The notes beneath the pieces are model-generated. The model ran no database searches and was not told the origin of the DNA. It saw nothing but the letters and a program-made list of their open reading frames with translations. This document shows, piece after piece, positions 1-10,882 of a stretch of DNA of 64,000 nucleotides (the first letter of the stretch is position 1; each line of letters starts with the position of its first letter). A program made the position numbers and the translations under genes. The stretch lies in IMG/VR virus record IMGVR_UViG_3300002494_000025, positions 1 to 64,000 of that record. One strand, given 5' to 3'. This DNA is from a virus.

Positions 1-1101
1 TATTTCCCGCATGGACACGCCTTCTGGATAGCTTGCGAGCACTTCAAGTACCGCTTGTTGGTTATCTGTTTCGGTAGCCACCAAATCTGAGTTATCCGCT
101 GGTTCGAAATACACCCTGTGTTCGTCGTCTGCAAATATGAGATTCAGACCATAATCAGGCAGTTTACCCACGTTAGATTTTCTTAGCACGAACTGTATGC
201 GTGTAAGGTTCTTATCTGGCTCGCTAATCAGCTGCCAGATAACTCTTGGCATATTCTCAAAATATATCGAACCAATTGGCGTCTTCAGTTCACCGCTCAT
301 CGCCTGCTTTGACATGTGGGTAATAGCCAACACCGTTGCACCGTGTGTAATGAATTCCCTTGCGGCTTGGAAGAATGTCAAAGCCGTACTCTGTTCTTCG
401 ATTCCTCCACCGGCTGCTAACCCCACACTGTCGAGAATAACAAGCCCTATATCGAAAGCTTCCACATACCGTATCAAGTCGGATATCTGCTCGTGCAATG
501 GTCTGGTCAATTGCAGATAGTATGGTGCTTCAAGTTTGTATTTATCAACAAAGAAACCATTCACCACCTTTGTGAACCTTGCGCTCAGGGTATGAGCATC
601 ACTTTCCCAATCGAGATAAAGAACGTTAGTTCTCCTGGCAGGCTTGAAAACTTGCAGGTTTTGAAAATGTTCCGCATTCTGTAAAGCTAAGGCTATGAGC
701 AAAGAAACGAAACTCTTACCTGAGCCACCGCGAGCGAATATGAGGTTAAATGCATTCTCCAGTATGAAATCCTTAACCAAAAATTTGTGCGTCGGGTCGT
801 CCAAAAGCTGTAGTTTGACAGGCTCAGAGACGCTATAGAACTTTGTCAGGAGCTCTTGCAAGAACTCAAACACTACACGCTCCAGAGTTACCTCTGAAGC
901 GCCAATTTGCCGGGAGGCAAGCTGTATGAAATTTGCCACATTGCGTGTATCACTGACAATTACATTGCTTGTGTATTTCTTGCCCAATTCAGGTATCGAG
1001 ATGCTAAGTACTGTACTGAGCACACCGTCTTTAGATTTAAGCCCATTTGCTTCGAGCTGATAGTTTACCCCGGATGAGTTGATTGTCTTCACGAGCGTCA
1101 T
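1..1101 (-). CDS. RecA-family AAA ATPase/helicase (AAA_25/RepA-like), runs off the window start
   Basis: Manual translation from ATG at 1101 (RBS GGAGG): Walker A ARGGSGKS, VLYLDWE, Walker B LVILDS, VLAITH. Missing from the ORF track because it is truncated. Confidence 0.8.
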   Translation of the reverse strand, partial: MTLVKTINSSGVNYQLEANGLKSKDGVLSTVLSISIPELGKKYTSNVIVSDTRNVANFIQLASRQIGASEVTLERVVFEFLQELLTKFYSVSEPVKLQLLDDPTHKFLVKDFILENAFNLIFARGGSGKSFVSLLIALALQNAEHFQNLQVFKPARRTNVLYLDWESDAHTLSARFTKVVNGFFVDKYKLEAPYYLQLTRPLHEQISDLIRYVEAFDIGLVILDSVGLAAGGGIEEQSTALTFFQAAREFITHGATVLAITHMSKQAMSGELKTPIGSIYFENMPRVIWQLISEPDKNLTRIQFVLRKSNVGKLPDYGLNLIFADDEHRVYFEPADNSDLVATETDNQQAVLEVLASYPEGVSMREI

Positions 1102-1115
1102 TGTGCTCCCCTCCA

Positions 1116-2063
1116 TCAGAATGGTACTTCGTCGTCGCTAATCAGCTGCTGTATTTTGGTTATAACCGGATCGTCTTGTTTGGCCGCAGCCAAATTCCAA
1201 TTGTAAAGCTGATTGCCTATTGCCATTAAATCATCTGGCTCGTATTTGTCCAAATCTTTCCCGAATCTTCGAACAATCTCATCCAAGAAACGTATAAGCG
1301 GATACTGAAGGTCTATTGCAGTCTTTTCAAGTTTGCCGCAGAACTCTTTGAAGCGTGGATTGAGCTTCATCTTTAGATAGTCGATTAGCATGGACTTTTC
1401 GCGCTTGGTTAGCGTATCAATTTGCGCCCCAAGCGGCAATAGCAGCGCGGTTAGCTGCTGCACTGACTTGCCGGTTCTCTGCGCTGTTTTGGTTAGCAAA
1501 TCAAACAGGTACGCTGTTTGCTTGTCCAATGTGTGTTCTGTTTGCGGCGCGCTGTACTGAAGTCTTTGCAGTGGTTGTGCCTTTTGCCGAGGCTGTTCGG
1601 TCTTTGACGAGGCATTCGCCGAAGTCGAAGAAATTTGCTTTGGCTTTGGTTGCTCTATTTGAGTCTGAGGCTGAGTTGCCGTCTCGTTGTTTGTCTGAGT
1701 CTTGATTTTGGCCAGTTCATAGATCATATCCATGTCCGTACCGTTAAGGGCAACAACGAATTTCATAGCGTTTTGCAAAGCCAAACCCTGCAGTCTTTCA
1801 AGTTCCTGTTGTGGGTCCATTGATTTGTCCAGAAATCCAATCGCTTGTCCCTCGTATAACTTTTGCCCTTCGGACAAGATGTGGACCTCCACAGCAAGCA
1901 GAATCGTATCGTGAGCGGGGGTAACGTTGAGCTTGAACTCTGGTGTCCATTCCATTTTCTCACACAATTTCAAGCATGCTTTTGGCGTTATCACACCATT
2001 TCCATCAAAGTCTATCAGAGTGAGATTTTCTAGCTCATACACAATACTTCTAAAGTTAGTCAT
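1116..2063 (-). CDS. Hypothetical recombination/ssDNA-associated protein
   Basis: 315 aa ORF between the YqaJ nuclease and the helicase; Q/T-rich linker; acidic SSB-like C-terminus DDEVPF. Confidence 0.5.
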   Translation of the reverse strand: MTNFRSIVYELENLTLIDFDGNGVITPKACLKLCEKMEWTPEFKLNVTPAHDTILLAVEVHILSEGQKLYEGQAIGFLDKSMDPQQELERLQGLALQNAMKFVVALNGTDMDMIYELAKIKTQTNNETATQPQTQIEQPKPKQISSTSANASSKTEQPRQKAQPLQRLQYSAPQTEHTLDKQTAYLFDLLTKTAQRTGKSVQQLTALLLPLGAQIDTLTKREKSMLIDYLKMKLNPRFKEFCGKLEKTAIDLQYPLIRFLDEIVRRFGKDLDKYEPDDLMAIGNQLYNWNLAAAKQDDPVITKIQQLISDDEVPF

Positions 2064-2973
2064 TTACCTCCACCTCCTCGTCAGCGCCTCTCTTTTTCAC
2101 TCTCAATTGCTTGTATTCCACTTCTTTTTCTTCCAATATCGGCTTAACTTTGCGTATGCCTTTTATGACTTTGACTATGTATTTATCGCTGATGCCGACG
2201 TTTGCTTTCTTTCGCTCTAATTCTTCCAAGATTAACGCTTTTAGTTTATTCTGCTCTTTTTTCAGCTGCGTTATTTCCTTCCCAAGAGTCATGTATTCTT
2301 CGATTATGCTATCAATATCGAGCCGCACTTCATCGTTGTAATCCTGCAGTTGCATAAGCAGGTCGATCTCCCTATCTGTCCCCAGCGCGTCGGGTTTGAT
2401 ATCGTGTTTGAGATAATAGTCGAACTCTTTCAGTTTTTCAAACATGTACTGGAGCTCTGCTTCATCTCTTTCGAGAACTTCGATGAGCAGTTGATTGCCG
2501 CCTCTGAGGATTACAAGCATTCCGCGGCTCACATTGTAGAGCCACATGTAAAGGAGCACCTGCCATTTGTAGTACTCCCATTGCTTGTTGAAAGCGTTGA
2601 GGTTCTTTATTTCGAGTATTGCTGGTTCTCCATCAAAGAGGACGATTCCATCTACATGGCCAATGATGGGGAGGGATAGCTCGAATGGTGGTTGTTTTGT
2701 TGCTGGCGGGACCTCATCGTAGACTGTGTAACCTGTCTTGTTTTGAAACACTTTGATGATCGGCTTTTCCATTTCCTTACCGATCATCATTTGTTCAGTC
2801 TGCTCTGGCACATAAAGCCCTTTCTTCTCATACCAGAGCATGAGTGGAGTTTTGTATGGGGCTTCTCCGACAATTGTTGGCATATCTGAGCCGCCGTAGA
2901 ATTTTGTCCTGTCCTGATAGTCAATACCGCCTTTGTAAACCTCGAAATCAACAACACCCTCTGGTAACCTCAT
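2056..2973 (-). CDS. YqaJ-like viral recombinase / lambda-exonuclease family nuclease
   Basis: GGSDMPTIVG..PYKTPLMLWYEKKG, G..ME, HVDG, LEIK, QV..YM motifs; ATG at 2973 with RBS AGGAGG. Confidence 0.85.
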   Translation of the reverse strand: MRLPEGVVDFEVYKGGIDYQDRTKFYGGSDMPTIVGEAPYKTPLMLWYEKKGLYVPEQTEQMMIGKEMEKPIIKVFQNKTGYTVYDEVPPATKQPPFELSLPIIGHVDGIVLFDGEPAILEIKNLNAFNKQWEYYKWQVLLYMWLYNVSRGMLVILRGGNQLLIEVLERDEAELQYMFEKLKEFDYYLKHDIKPDALGTDREIDLLMQLQDYNDEVRLDIDSIIEEYMTLGKEITQLKKEQNKLKALILEELERKKANVGISDKYIVKVIKGIRKVKPILEEKEVEYKQLRVKKRGADEEVEVND

Positions 2974-3542
2974 TTTACCTCCTCCTTCTGCATATAGAAT
3001 ACTTTTGCAAAACCGTTTGGGAACACCACTACCAGCCATACGTGCTCAGGAATGTGTATCTTCATGCGTCTGAAAGCTTCCAAGTCTTTAACTTCGTCTT
3101 CTGCGACAAACCACTTGGCTTTGATTTTATTGTCAATGTCACGCATGGCTGGTAGAATTGCCGCATTATAGGAAAACCGCTTGAAGATGGCACTTTTAGC
3201 ATGCTTTGCCAAAAATTTTCTCACAAGCGCCGGCAGCGGGAAACGCGAAATCTCCACGACAGATTTGCCGTCGTAGGCATAGAGCTTATTTGCTTCTCTG
3301 TCGATTTTGAGCACTATCCTGCTGGATGGCAAGTTTATCCATCCAGTGAAGTCATACAACGTCATGCGGTACCTGTTTTCCTCAAGTACCGCAAAATATA
3401 CCTTCGACTCCCTACTGAGCTGTGGATTAACTGCCCAGTTGGGAGTAGCCAACACCGGGAATATACTCATCCTCGGTGTTGACCTATACTCAATTCCGAA
3501 CCTTTCTAAAAACCTCAACTCCCTTGCTGACATACACAACAC
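2970..3542 (-). CDS. Hypothetical protein
   Basis: 190 aa ORF whose stop overlaps the YqaJ start (ATGA). Confidence 0.6.
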   Translation of the reverse strand: MLCMSARELRFLERFGIEYRSTPRMSIFPVLATPNWAVNPQLSRESKVYFAVLEENRYRMTLYDFTGWINLPSSRIVLKIDREANKLYAYDGKSVVEISRFPLPALVRKFLAKHAKSAIFKRFSYNAAILPAMRDIDNKIKAKWFVAEDEVKDLEAFRRMKIHIPEHVWLVVVFPNGFAKVFYMQKEEVK

Positions 3543-3599
3543 CTCCCAAGAAGTTTTGGTGATACATTCATATTATAACACATCGTAACACGCAATTTG

Positions 3600-4900
3600 C
3601 GTAAAACCGATTGCGCTGATGTAAATTTTTATTAAGCTTGCAACTCTATTGTATTACATTGGTGTAACAAAGAAAAGAGAAACGAAAGAAAGAAAAGTAA
3701 GATAAAAGAAAGAAAGAAAAGAGAAAAGAAATGCGCGTAATAAATATTCGCGTAATAAATATTTATATTTATTTTTTTTTAAATACCCCTCTTACATGCA
3801 TGTATTATTGCATGTAAGAGATTACGCGGATAATAAAAAAGCGTAAATAATTAAATAAATAATACCCGCATAAGCTTTTATACTTACATACAGGAATAAA
3901 TACGAGCATAAGCATATATACGCGCTTTTATATGCGATTATTTTTTTTAAGCATCTAAGAGTTATGCGTTTATTATTATTATGCTCATGTATATTTAATT
4001 GCCTAAATGCATATTTATATGCTTATGCGGGTGTATAAAGCAATGATAATTGCTTATGCATGCTTAATTGCTTAAAAGTATATTTATGCGCTTATGTAAG
4101 TATATTATGCTATATGCATGCGATTAATAATAATTGCCTATGTATGCTTAGTTGCTTAAATGTATATTGGTAAGCATATGCGGGTATAAATAATTAATGC
4201 AAGGGGAAAGAAAAGAGAAAGAAAATGCGAAAAGAAAGAGAAAAGAAAGCGCACTCTTAGTTGCTTAAAGCTGTATGCATGCTTATCGCCCGAGAGTGTT
4301 GAGTCAGGTTCCGCGCGCCGAAGCGCATTTGCAAAAACAGTGCATTTTTTCAAAACGCGCATGAATACACAAGTTATAAATTGTTCGTAAGGCGTACATT
4401 CGATTTAAATGGCTTATAACGCATTCAAAAAGCGTGAGATAGGTAATTATATTACTCAGGTCCTTGCGCGCGAAATTAGGGCTATTTAAACGCGAAATAG
4501 AGGGTATTTTTTAGGGGTTGTGATCCAGTTTTTTGCGGTTGGTGATGTCGGGTATGTCCCTGGAATGTATGGCAAAACACAGTGCAATTTACGCAAATAC
4601 GCACAGGGACTTGATTTATGAATAATTCGTAAAACTAACATTCGTTTAAAATGCCCTATAACGCATTCTGAAGGCAGAAGATGGGTAATTATACTACTCA
4701 CACATTTGGAACCGTTTCCCTGGGCTTTATACGGGCAAATAGAAGGTATTTTTCAAGGAATACTCATTACATTCTTAAATAAATTGGTGATTTGCTGGCA
4801 TTTAGTTGGCGATTGTGGCAATTGTATAATGCTTATGCAGAAAAAATGTTTGTGGTTCAGATCCGGATTTTCGGGGTATCGCTTGGGAATGCTTGATATG
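3600..4900. repeat. AT-rich intergenic control region between divergent modules, with (GAAA)n tracts, TGCTTA/ATGCAT repeats and an imperfect ~65 bp direct repeat
   Basis: Purine tracts at ~3669-3730 and ~4201-4248; many tgctta/atgcat units at 3900-4290; repeat copies at ~4396-4458 and ~4638-4700 (cattcg..aaatg..ctataacgcattc..gat.ggtaattata.tactca). Confidence 0.6.
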
Positions 4901-4968
4901 TTAAGTTTTACTGCACTTAAACTTGACAACTTTGTTAATCCGGTGTATAATACGCCTGAGGTGATATT

Positions 4969-5526
4969 GTGGCAGAACAAAACAAGAAAGCATTTGTTTC
5001 AACCGATGAAGAATTTGAATTGAGGCATACCTGCAAAATCTGCAAGTTGCCAGAAGTAAAAGACGCCGTGGATGGACTTCTTGACTCCGGAGCAAGTTAC
5101 CGTGAAGTCAAGAAGCTGATAATGGAAGAACACGGTGTCAAGTTAACTTTGCAGGAAATTAGCTATCACAATCACCACAGAAAAGTCGATACAATCTCCT
5201 CCTATGTGCAGAGTGTAGAAATCGATGAAAGTGAAATAGAATCTCTCACGCGCTCTGAAGCGCTCAAGCGTGAGAGAGTGCAGAACCAAGTCCTTGCTTA
5301 CAAGATAAGGGCTATACTAAACGCCTTAATCGAGACAGGAAAGTGGGCTGAAATACGACCAGACTATCTAAAATCTTTAACAGAGCTCTATAAAGTAGCT
5401 ACAAGCGAAGCAAGACTTGGGACAAATGAGGAGTTCAAACAACTTATGAACGAAGAAACTGATGTTATCAAAGAACTCATGAGAGTAGTTGAGGGGTTGA
5501 AACATGAAGACGAAAACGCTGATTAA
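4969..5526 (+). CDS. Putative terminase small subunit
   Basis: First gene of the morphogenesis operon, overlapping TerL; CxxC...H..HH and HTH-like N-terminus. Confidence 0.6.
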   Translation: MAEQNKKAFVSTDEEFELRHTCKICKLPEVKDAVDGLLDSGASYREVKKLIMEEHGVKLTLQEISYHNHHRKVDTISSYVQSVEIDESEIESLTRSEALKRERVQNQVLAYKIRAILNALIETGKWAEIRPDYLKSLTELYKVATSEARLGTNEEFKQLMNEETDVIKELMRVVEGLKHEDENAD

Positions 5527-6847
5527 CGGTGTTGCACATAGCATCGCTGATCCAGTCGCGTTTGCTAAACTGGTCTATGGATTTAGGCAGATATCACCCA
5601 AACACGCTGAATTGTTAAGAATGAATAGCGAAATAAATATAATCGTCGCGGGCAGAAGGTTTGGTAAAACTACCTATCTGGCCGCAAAAGCTTTTCATTT
5701 TGCATTGCTGCACAGAAACGCCACGGTTCTAATCACTGCTCCCTCAGTCGACCAAGCGCGCATTTATTTTGATTTGCTGACTAGCGCTTTGGAAAAGCAT
5801 CCCTTCGATGAAGATAAGCCCCACCCGCTCAAGAGCTTTATCGCCGAAGTCAAAAATGCGCCCTTTCCAGAGGTGTACCTCACAAATGGTTCAAAGCTTC
5901 TTGTTCGTTCTACCGCTCGTGGGGGAAGGTATCTCAGGGGAAGGAAAGTGCATGCAGTTTTTGTTACAGAAGCTGCATTCGTGGATGATGATGTTTTTGA
6001 AAACGTTATCATGCCCATGAGACTTGATACGAAAGCGAAAATTTACCTCGAGTCAACACCATATGCGCGTAACTTTTTCTTTAAGCTTTATCAGGAAGGA
6101 TTGCGGGAAAATAACGAATACATAAAATCATTTCACGCAACTGTCTACGACAATCCTTGGATCGATAAAGATGAAATTGAAAAACAAAGAGAAAAACTCC
6201 CGGAAAATGTTTTTAGCCAGGAATACATGGCAGAGTTTGTAGACGATGGTAAGGCAGTCTTCACGTGGAACTTGCTCAAAAGAGCTTTTGATGACGACTA
6301 TGAACCGCTTGGCTATGTTCCGGGGCATAAATACGTTATTGGCTTGGATATAGCTCAAGTGCAGGATTATACAGTCTTTATCGTTTTGGATATCACAAGA
6401 GAACCGTACAAGATTGCGGAAATATTACGATTTAATAACACCACCTACGATGAAATAATCGATTGGGCCAACGAATTGTCTGAAAAATATATGGAACACC
6501 CCGAAAGAAGCCTCGGTTATGCGCCGGTCTACGTTGATGCAACAACCGTGGGAAGACCTATCGCGGAAAAGATTAAAAACGCTGTCCCGATTACGTTGTC
6601 TATACGCTCAAAAACCGAAATAATCGAAAATCTGCAATTGCTCATCGCTCAAAATAAACTTAAATTGCCACCTTCCGAACAACTTCTGCGTGATGAGTTG
6701 CGTTACTACAAATACGACGAAGGCTCAAAAACTATCAGAATGTCTGCGCCTAAAAACTTTCATGACGATATGGTCATCGCTCTTGCACTTGCTTGTTGGG
6801 AAGTGCATGAAGGGGCGTATGAGGGAAGTTTCTCAATTAATTTCTGA
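5504..6847 (+). CDS. terL: Terminase large subunit (Terminase_6-type)
   Basis: Walker A AGRRFGKT, Walker B-like VTEAAF, ESTP coupling motif, nuclease GLDIA..QDYT and HDDMVIALALA. Confidence 0.93.
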   Translation: MKTKTLINGVAHSIADPVAFAKLVYGFRQISPKHAELLRMNSEINIIVAGRRFGKTTYLAAKAFHFALLHRNATVLITAPSVDQARIYFDLLTSALEKHPFDEDKPHPLKSFIAEVKNAPFPEVYLTNGSKLLVRSTARGGRYLRGRKVHAVFVTEAAFVDDDVFENVIMPMRLDTKAKIYLESTPYARNFFFKLYQEGLRENNEYIKSFHATVYDNPWIDKDEIEKQREKLPENVFSQEYMAEFVDDGKAVFTWNLLKRAFDDDYEPLGYVPGHKYVIGLDIAQVQDYTVFIVLDITREPYKIAEILRFNNTTYDEIIDWANELSEKYMEHPERSLGYAPVYVDATTVGRPIAEKIKNAVPITLSIRSKTEIIENLQLLIAQNKLKLPPSEQLLRDELRYYKYDEGSKTIRMSAPKNFHDDMVIALALACWEVHEGAYEGSFSINF

Positions 6848-6852
6848 AGGGA

Positions 6853-8151
6853 GTGAATTGGATGCCTAATGCAATTCCAAAGAATTACAATGCGATGTTA
6901 CAAAAATATTTCGACAGATACACAGAAAGCTATTGCAAAGAGCATAATCTATTTATCAAATACGATAAAAACAAAAATCCAATCGCGCTAACAAGAAAGA
7001 TTATCGATTACGTTGACGAAATAGTCGAAACTGATTACAACCTCATCGTGGGTACTGGCTTTGGTGTTAGAAGCACAAACAAAGAGCTTGAAAAATTGCT
7101 CAACGATTTCGTTAACACGAAAGAATTCCAAAACATGTTTAGACTTTTTATTCTGCAAGGTCTTGTGACAGGTGACACTTTTGTCAAGTTCGGTATAGAC
7201 GATGACGGAAATCCCGTACTGACTACAATACGGCTTGACAGTGTTACAATACTGTACGAGAATGATTTTGATAAGATTTTGAAATGGTATTTACATTATA
7301 CGGGCATAAAAGCTGATGGAACATCAGTAACAGTTGATGAGGAATACAGCTTTGACAGAGTCAAAATCACAATTGATGGCGAAGTGATTAAGGACATACC
7401 AAATTCCTTTGGCAGAATGTGGGTTATTCACGCAATCAATCTTCCTTCTTTGCGTTACAAATTTTTCGGTGAATCAGAGCTCGAAAAAGCTTACGAGACA
7501 GTCGATGAGATAAATTCTACATTCTCACGAATCGCTTCAATAGAAACAGTATATGCCATACCGAAGTTGATTATGTCTGGCTTGAAAAGTAAGGACAGCC
7601 TAAGTGAAAATGATAATGTGTGGGCAGTTAGTGAGAACACAGAAATTAAGATACTTGAATACCAAGGCGATGTCATACCAAGTATGCTTAACAAAATTGC
7701 AGCACTCGAAGAGTACTTCAGGTCAAGGTTCCCAGAGCTTGTGTTAAGTAGTGTCAAAGAAAGTACAGGCTATGCACTTAAGCTCAAGCTGCTTAAGCTT
7801 ATCAAAAAAATCGAAGCATACAGACGTAATTACTTCGGTGCGTTAAAAGAAGCTTTGAAACTTGTTGCCTTACATTTGGGTTACGAAGACGATTTCGAAA
7901 TCATTCCAAGCGACATCATACCGCTGGACGCGCAAGAAGAAATCCAGCGCTATCTGATGATGTATAACCTGGGCATCATCTCAAGACAAACTATAGCAGA
8001 AGAGCTTGGCTTGGAGTGGAGAAGAGAACGCGAAAGACTGGAAGAAGAAGGTGACTTTAGATTCGCAATGCCAAATTACGAATTCAAAGGTAAAGCAGGC
8101 AATCCAGGAAAAACAGAGATTAGAAAAGGGGAGGATGTGAATGGCGTATAA
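6853..8151 (+). CDS. Portal protein (SPP1-like)
   Basis: 432 aa directly after TerL; FGESELE, STGYALKLKL and GIISRQT motifs typical of SPP1-type portals. Confidence 0.8.
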   Translation: MNWMPNAIPKNYNAMLQKYFDRYTESYCKEHNLFIKYDKNKNPIALTRKIIDYVDEIVETDYNLIVGTGFGVRSTNKELEKLLNDFVNTKEFQNMFRLFILQGLVTGDTFVKFGIDDDGNPVLTTIRLDSVTILYENDFDKILKWYLHYTGIKADGTSVTVDEEYSFDRVKITIDGEVIKDIPNSFGRMWVIHAINLPSLRYKFFGESELEKAYETVDEINSTFSRIASIETVYAIPKLIMSGLKSKDSLSENDNVWAVSENTEIKILEYQGDVIPSMLNKIAALEEYFRSRFPELVLSSVKESTGYALKLKLLKLIKKIEAYRRNYFGALKEALKLVALHLGYEDDFEIIPSDIIPLDAQEEIQRYLMMYNLGIISRQTIAEELGLEWRRERERLEEEGDFRFAMPNYEFKGKAGNPGKTEIRKGEDVNGV

Positions 8152-8842
8152 GAAGTATCGTGAAGAGCTCAAAAGAGCATTCTGGAGAGCGGCAGACAGG
8201 CTTTTTAACCTAAGCACAAGGTATGTCTTGGAACGCTTTGTGTTCGAAGACGTTCCTGGAATCGCGCCAACAAGTGTTTACTTCGCTTCACAAATCCAGA
8301 ACACTGCACAGCAGCTTGAAAAGGATTTGGTTAGCATTGTCAAAAGTAATACTGATTTCCCAATCGCAGGTTCTTTAGCCGAAGCAATGCATGTTAACAT
8401 TGAAACATTATTCAAAAATTACCAAGGCGAACTTGAACAACTTGTGAATTTTTACTTGCAAAATAAGGCTCCCGAAATGGCAGAAAGCGATTTTAAAAAA
8501 ATAATTCAGCAAGCAATTCGTGAAGTCACAAGGCTTGTATATAAATCCTTTGCCGCAAGATTGCTTTCTTTGATACGCTGGTTTGTGTTTGTGCATTATA
8601 TCGACTATTACGAAACTTCTGGCGATTTCGAAGTTACCTACATTCCGTTGCTTAAAGGCAATTTCCATGCTGAAATATGCAAAAGCAGAGCAAAATTGTT
8701 CAAGAAGATACCCTTCAGCGAAGTTTATGACTTGTTTAAAGCCAACGCAAGAGAGTACAAAGGATACACAATCGTAGAAAGCGAAAGAGGCACATTCCTA
8801 AATCCACATTACGGCTGCGATTCTATGTGGTTTGCTATTTGA
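8141..8842 (+). CDS. Putative minor head/morphogenesis protein
   Basis: Position after the portal; C-terminal C...PHYGC resembles the head-morphogenesis HPxC motif. Confidence 0.5.
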   Translation: MAYKKYREELKRAFWRAADRLFNLSTRYVLERFVFEDVPGIAPTSVYFASQIQNTAQQLEKDLVSIVKSNTDFPIAGSLAEAMHVNIETLFKNYQGELEQLVNFYLQNKAPEMAESDFKKIIQQAIREVTRLVYKSFAARLLSLIRWFVFVHYIDYYETSGDFEVTYIPLLKGNFHAEICKSRAKLFKKIPFSEVYDLFKANAREYKGYTIVESERGTFLNPHYGCDSMWFAI

Positions 8843-8858
8843 AAGTGAGGTGCCGATT

Positions 8859-9125
8859 ATGGCCGATGTAATGCGCAACGATAAGACTTGGAATCCACCG
8901 GCGGTCGGTGACAAAAAGCGCGAAGAGATGCCAGCGCATGCATTCTTAGTCCCTTCTGAAAAGAAATATCCGTACAAAAAGCAAGTCAATGGAGAATGGA
9001 AAATTTCTTGTGCGGGCCTCCTCGCAGCTTACAGAAGGGCACTTATCAATGGCGATACTTCCGTAAGCGAGAAGGCAAAAAGAATAGCCCAACGTTCAGG
9101 ATGCCCTTGGGCAAACAAAGAGTGA
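8859..9125 (+). CDS. Hypothetical head-module protein
   Basis: ATG 8859 with RBS GAGGTG; 88 aa. Confidence 0.6.
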   Translation: MADVMRNDKTWNPPAVGDKKREEMPAHAFLVPSEKKYPYKKQVNGEWKISCAGLLAAYRRALINGDTSVSEKAKRIAQRSGCPWANKE

Positions 9126-9139
9126 TGGAGGTGTTCTAA

Positions 9140-9757
9140 ATGGCAGAATTGGAAAAGCAGGGTCTTGAACAACAGACTGGAAATCAAGAACAGGATGTCG
9201 TTCAGGAAACTGCAAAAGAAACTGATGCCGAGGTTATTAAAGACGATAACGATCCAGTTGAAGTGCTTAAGGCTTATGCCCAACAGCTTGGCTTATCCCT
9301 TGACGACTTGCAAATCATGTCTAAAAAGGATTTGCAAAGCTTTGTCGACAAGCAAGTTACTCAAGCACTCAAAACAAGAGAAGAAAAGCTGCGTAAAGAG
9401 GAAGAAAGAAAGCGTTTGGAAACGGAAGGAAAGTATCAAGAGCTCTTGCGCTTAGAACGCAAAGAAGCACTTGATGAGTACAAAAGCGTGCTTGTTAGAT
9501 CGAGTGGATTGCCTGAGTTTTTTGCTGATTTAATTGATACGTCTTCCTTCACGGATTTGCAGTTTGTCGAAGCAAAATCAAAACTCGAAGAACATGTACA
9601 TGCCCTCTCTGAACGATTTAATCAGTATATCGAAAGTGTAGTTCAATCCAGGCTGAAGGAAATGCAAAAAGGCACAGCAATTCCTTCAGGTAGCAGCGCA
9701 AAAGTTAGTACGCCAAAAACGTTAGAAGAGCAACTCAAACAGTTCTTTGCCAGGTAG
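9140..9757 (+). CDS. Capsid scaffolding protein
   Basis: Acidic coiled-coil protein directly upstream of the MCP; ends in a TAG that overlaps the next RBS (TAGGAGGTG). Confidence 0.75.
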   Translation: MAELEKQGLEQQTGNQEQDVVQETAKETDAEVIKDDNDPVEVLKAYAQQLGLSLDDLQIMSKKDLQSFVDKQVTQALKTREEKLRKEEERKRLETEGKYQELLRLERKEALDEYKSVLVRSSGLPEFFADLIDTSSFTDLQFVEAKSKLEEHVHALSERFNQYIESVVQSRLKEMQKGTAIPSGSSAKVSTPKTLEEQLKQFFAR

Positions 9758-9769
9758 GAGGTGTAAGGT

Positions 9770-10870
9770 ATGGCAGTTTACGGAATGGTAGATACATATC
9801 AGCTTAAAAACGTTAACAAGATAGAACTTGAACCACAGTTTAGAGCTTTGGAACTTCCCAACACGCCACTGCTCAATAAGATTGGTTTTGGCGCGAACAT
9901 CAATTCAACAAGACTTGAGTGGTATGACGATATCCCACTGCCTCTCAAATACAAACTTGCAGCAGCGCACGTAGCAGCTGATGGAAAACTTGCAATAGGT
10001 GATAACGCAGTGCTTCTTAAAGTTGGAAACATTCTCAAAGCCGGCAATGTGATTTATAGAGTTACTGGTATCAACGCCGGTGAGACGCCAAAGAGTGTTT
10101 CTGTGGCAGTTGTTTCTGGCACGGACGCAAACTTGGCAGTCGGCGCTGAAATTGAACTTATCTCCGACGCGATGCCAGAAGGTTCAGATCCGGCAAAATC
10201 AGGATTCCTTGCTGCAGTAAAAAGATACAACATCACACAAATCTTCACAGATGCAATTGAATTCACTGACACTCAACTGGCTGTCAGTCCTGCATATCAA
10301 GCGGACCTCAAAGCACAAAAGACGATGGAAAAGATGAGAAAACTCAGGCTCTTGCTTGAAAGAACAATTGTAAACGGGAAAATCTATGAACCATCTAACA
10401 ATTCTGAACCAAGAATGATGTCAGGCTTCTTACAATTCATTGCCAATAACGGCTTAACATATTCTGGCACATTTACAGAAGCCAACTTCAAAGCATGGCT
10501 TAAAGATATGTTCTATCTCAGACAGCAAGAACCAATTTCTGAAGTGTGGATGAATCCGGCAACAAAACAAGCGGTGTTCAATCCGTTACTCAGCGACAAG
10601 ATTGTTACAACTGTTAGCGAAACAGTAGCCGGCAAGAGAATAGACAGATATGTTACGGAGTGGGGCGAACTTGTGCTCAACACATCCGCAGTCATCCCTG
10701 AAAACATGATTGTAATCGCCGACATTGATAAGATGGCAGTTAGACCACTTAGACCGCTTGCACTTTATGAAATTGCCAAGACAGGTGATAAGACAACATA
10801 CTTCATAGTTGGAGAATACACAATCGAAGTTAGGGATAGCGCATTGATGGGTTATTACGTCATAGCATAA
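9770..10870 (+). CDS. Major capsid protein (SU10/DUF5309-like)
   Basis: TPLL, EWYDD, EG.D, YNITQIF, R.M.G, LAKTGD-like and GEYTIEVR motifs; 366 aa after the scaffold. Confidence 0.85.
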   Translation: MAVYGMVDTYQLKNVNKIELEPQFRALELPNTPLLNKIGFGANINSTRLEWYDDIPLPLKYKLAAAHVAADGKLAIGDNAVLLKVGNILKAGNVIYRVTGINAGETPKSVSVAVVSGTDANLAVGAEIELISDAMPEGSDPAKSGFLAAVKRYNITQIFTDAIEFTDTQLAVSPAYQADLKAQKTMEKMRKLRLLLERTIVNGKIYEPSNNSEPRMMSGFLQFIANNGLTYSGTFTEANFKAWLKDMFYLRQQEPISEVWMNPATKQAVFNPLLSDKIVTTVSETVAGKRIDRYVTEWGELVLNTSAVIPENMIVIADIDKMAVRPLRPLALYEIAKTGDKTTYFIVGEYTIEVRDSALMGYYVIA

Positions 10871-10882
10871 TGAGGTGGTCTT

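Noticed and set aside
197-684. Plus-strand ORFs at the window start
   Set aside because: Shadows of the minus-strand AAA helicase gene.
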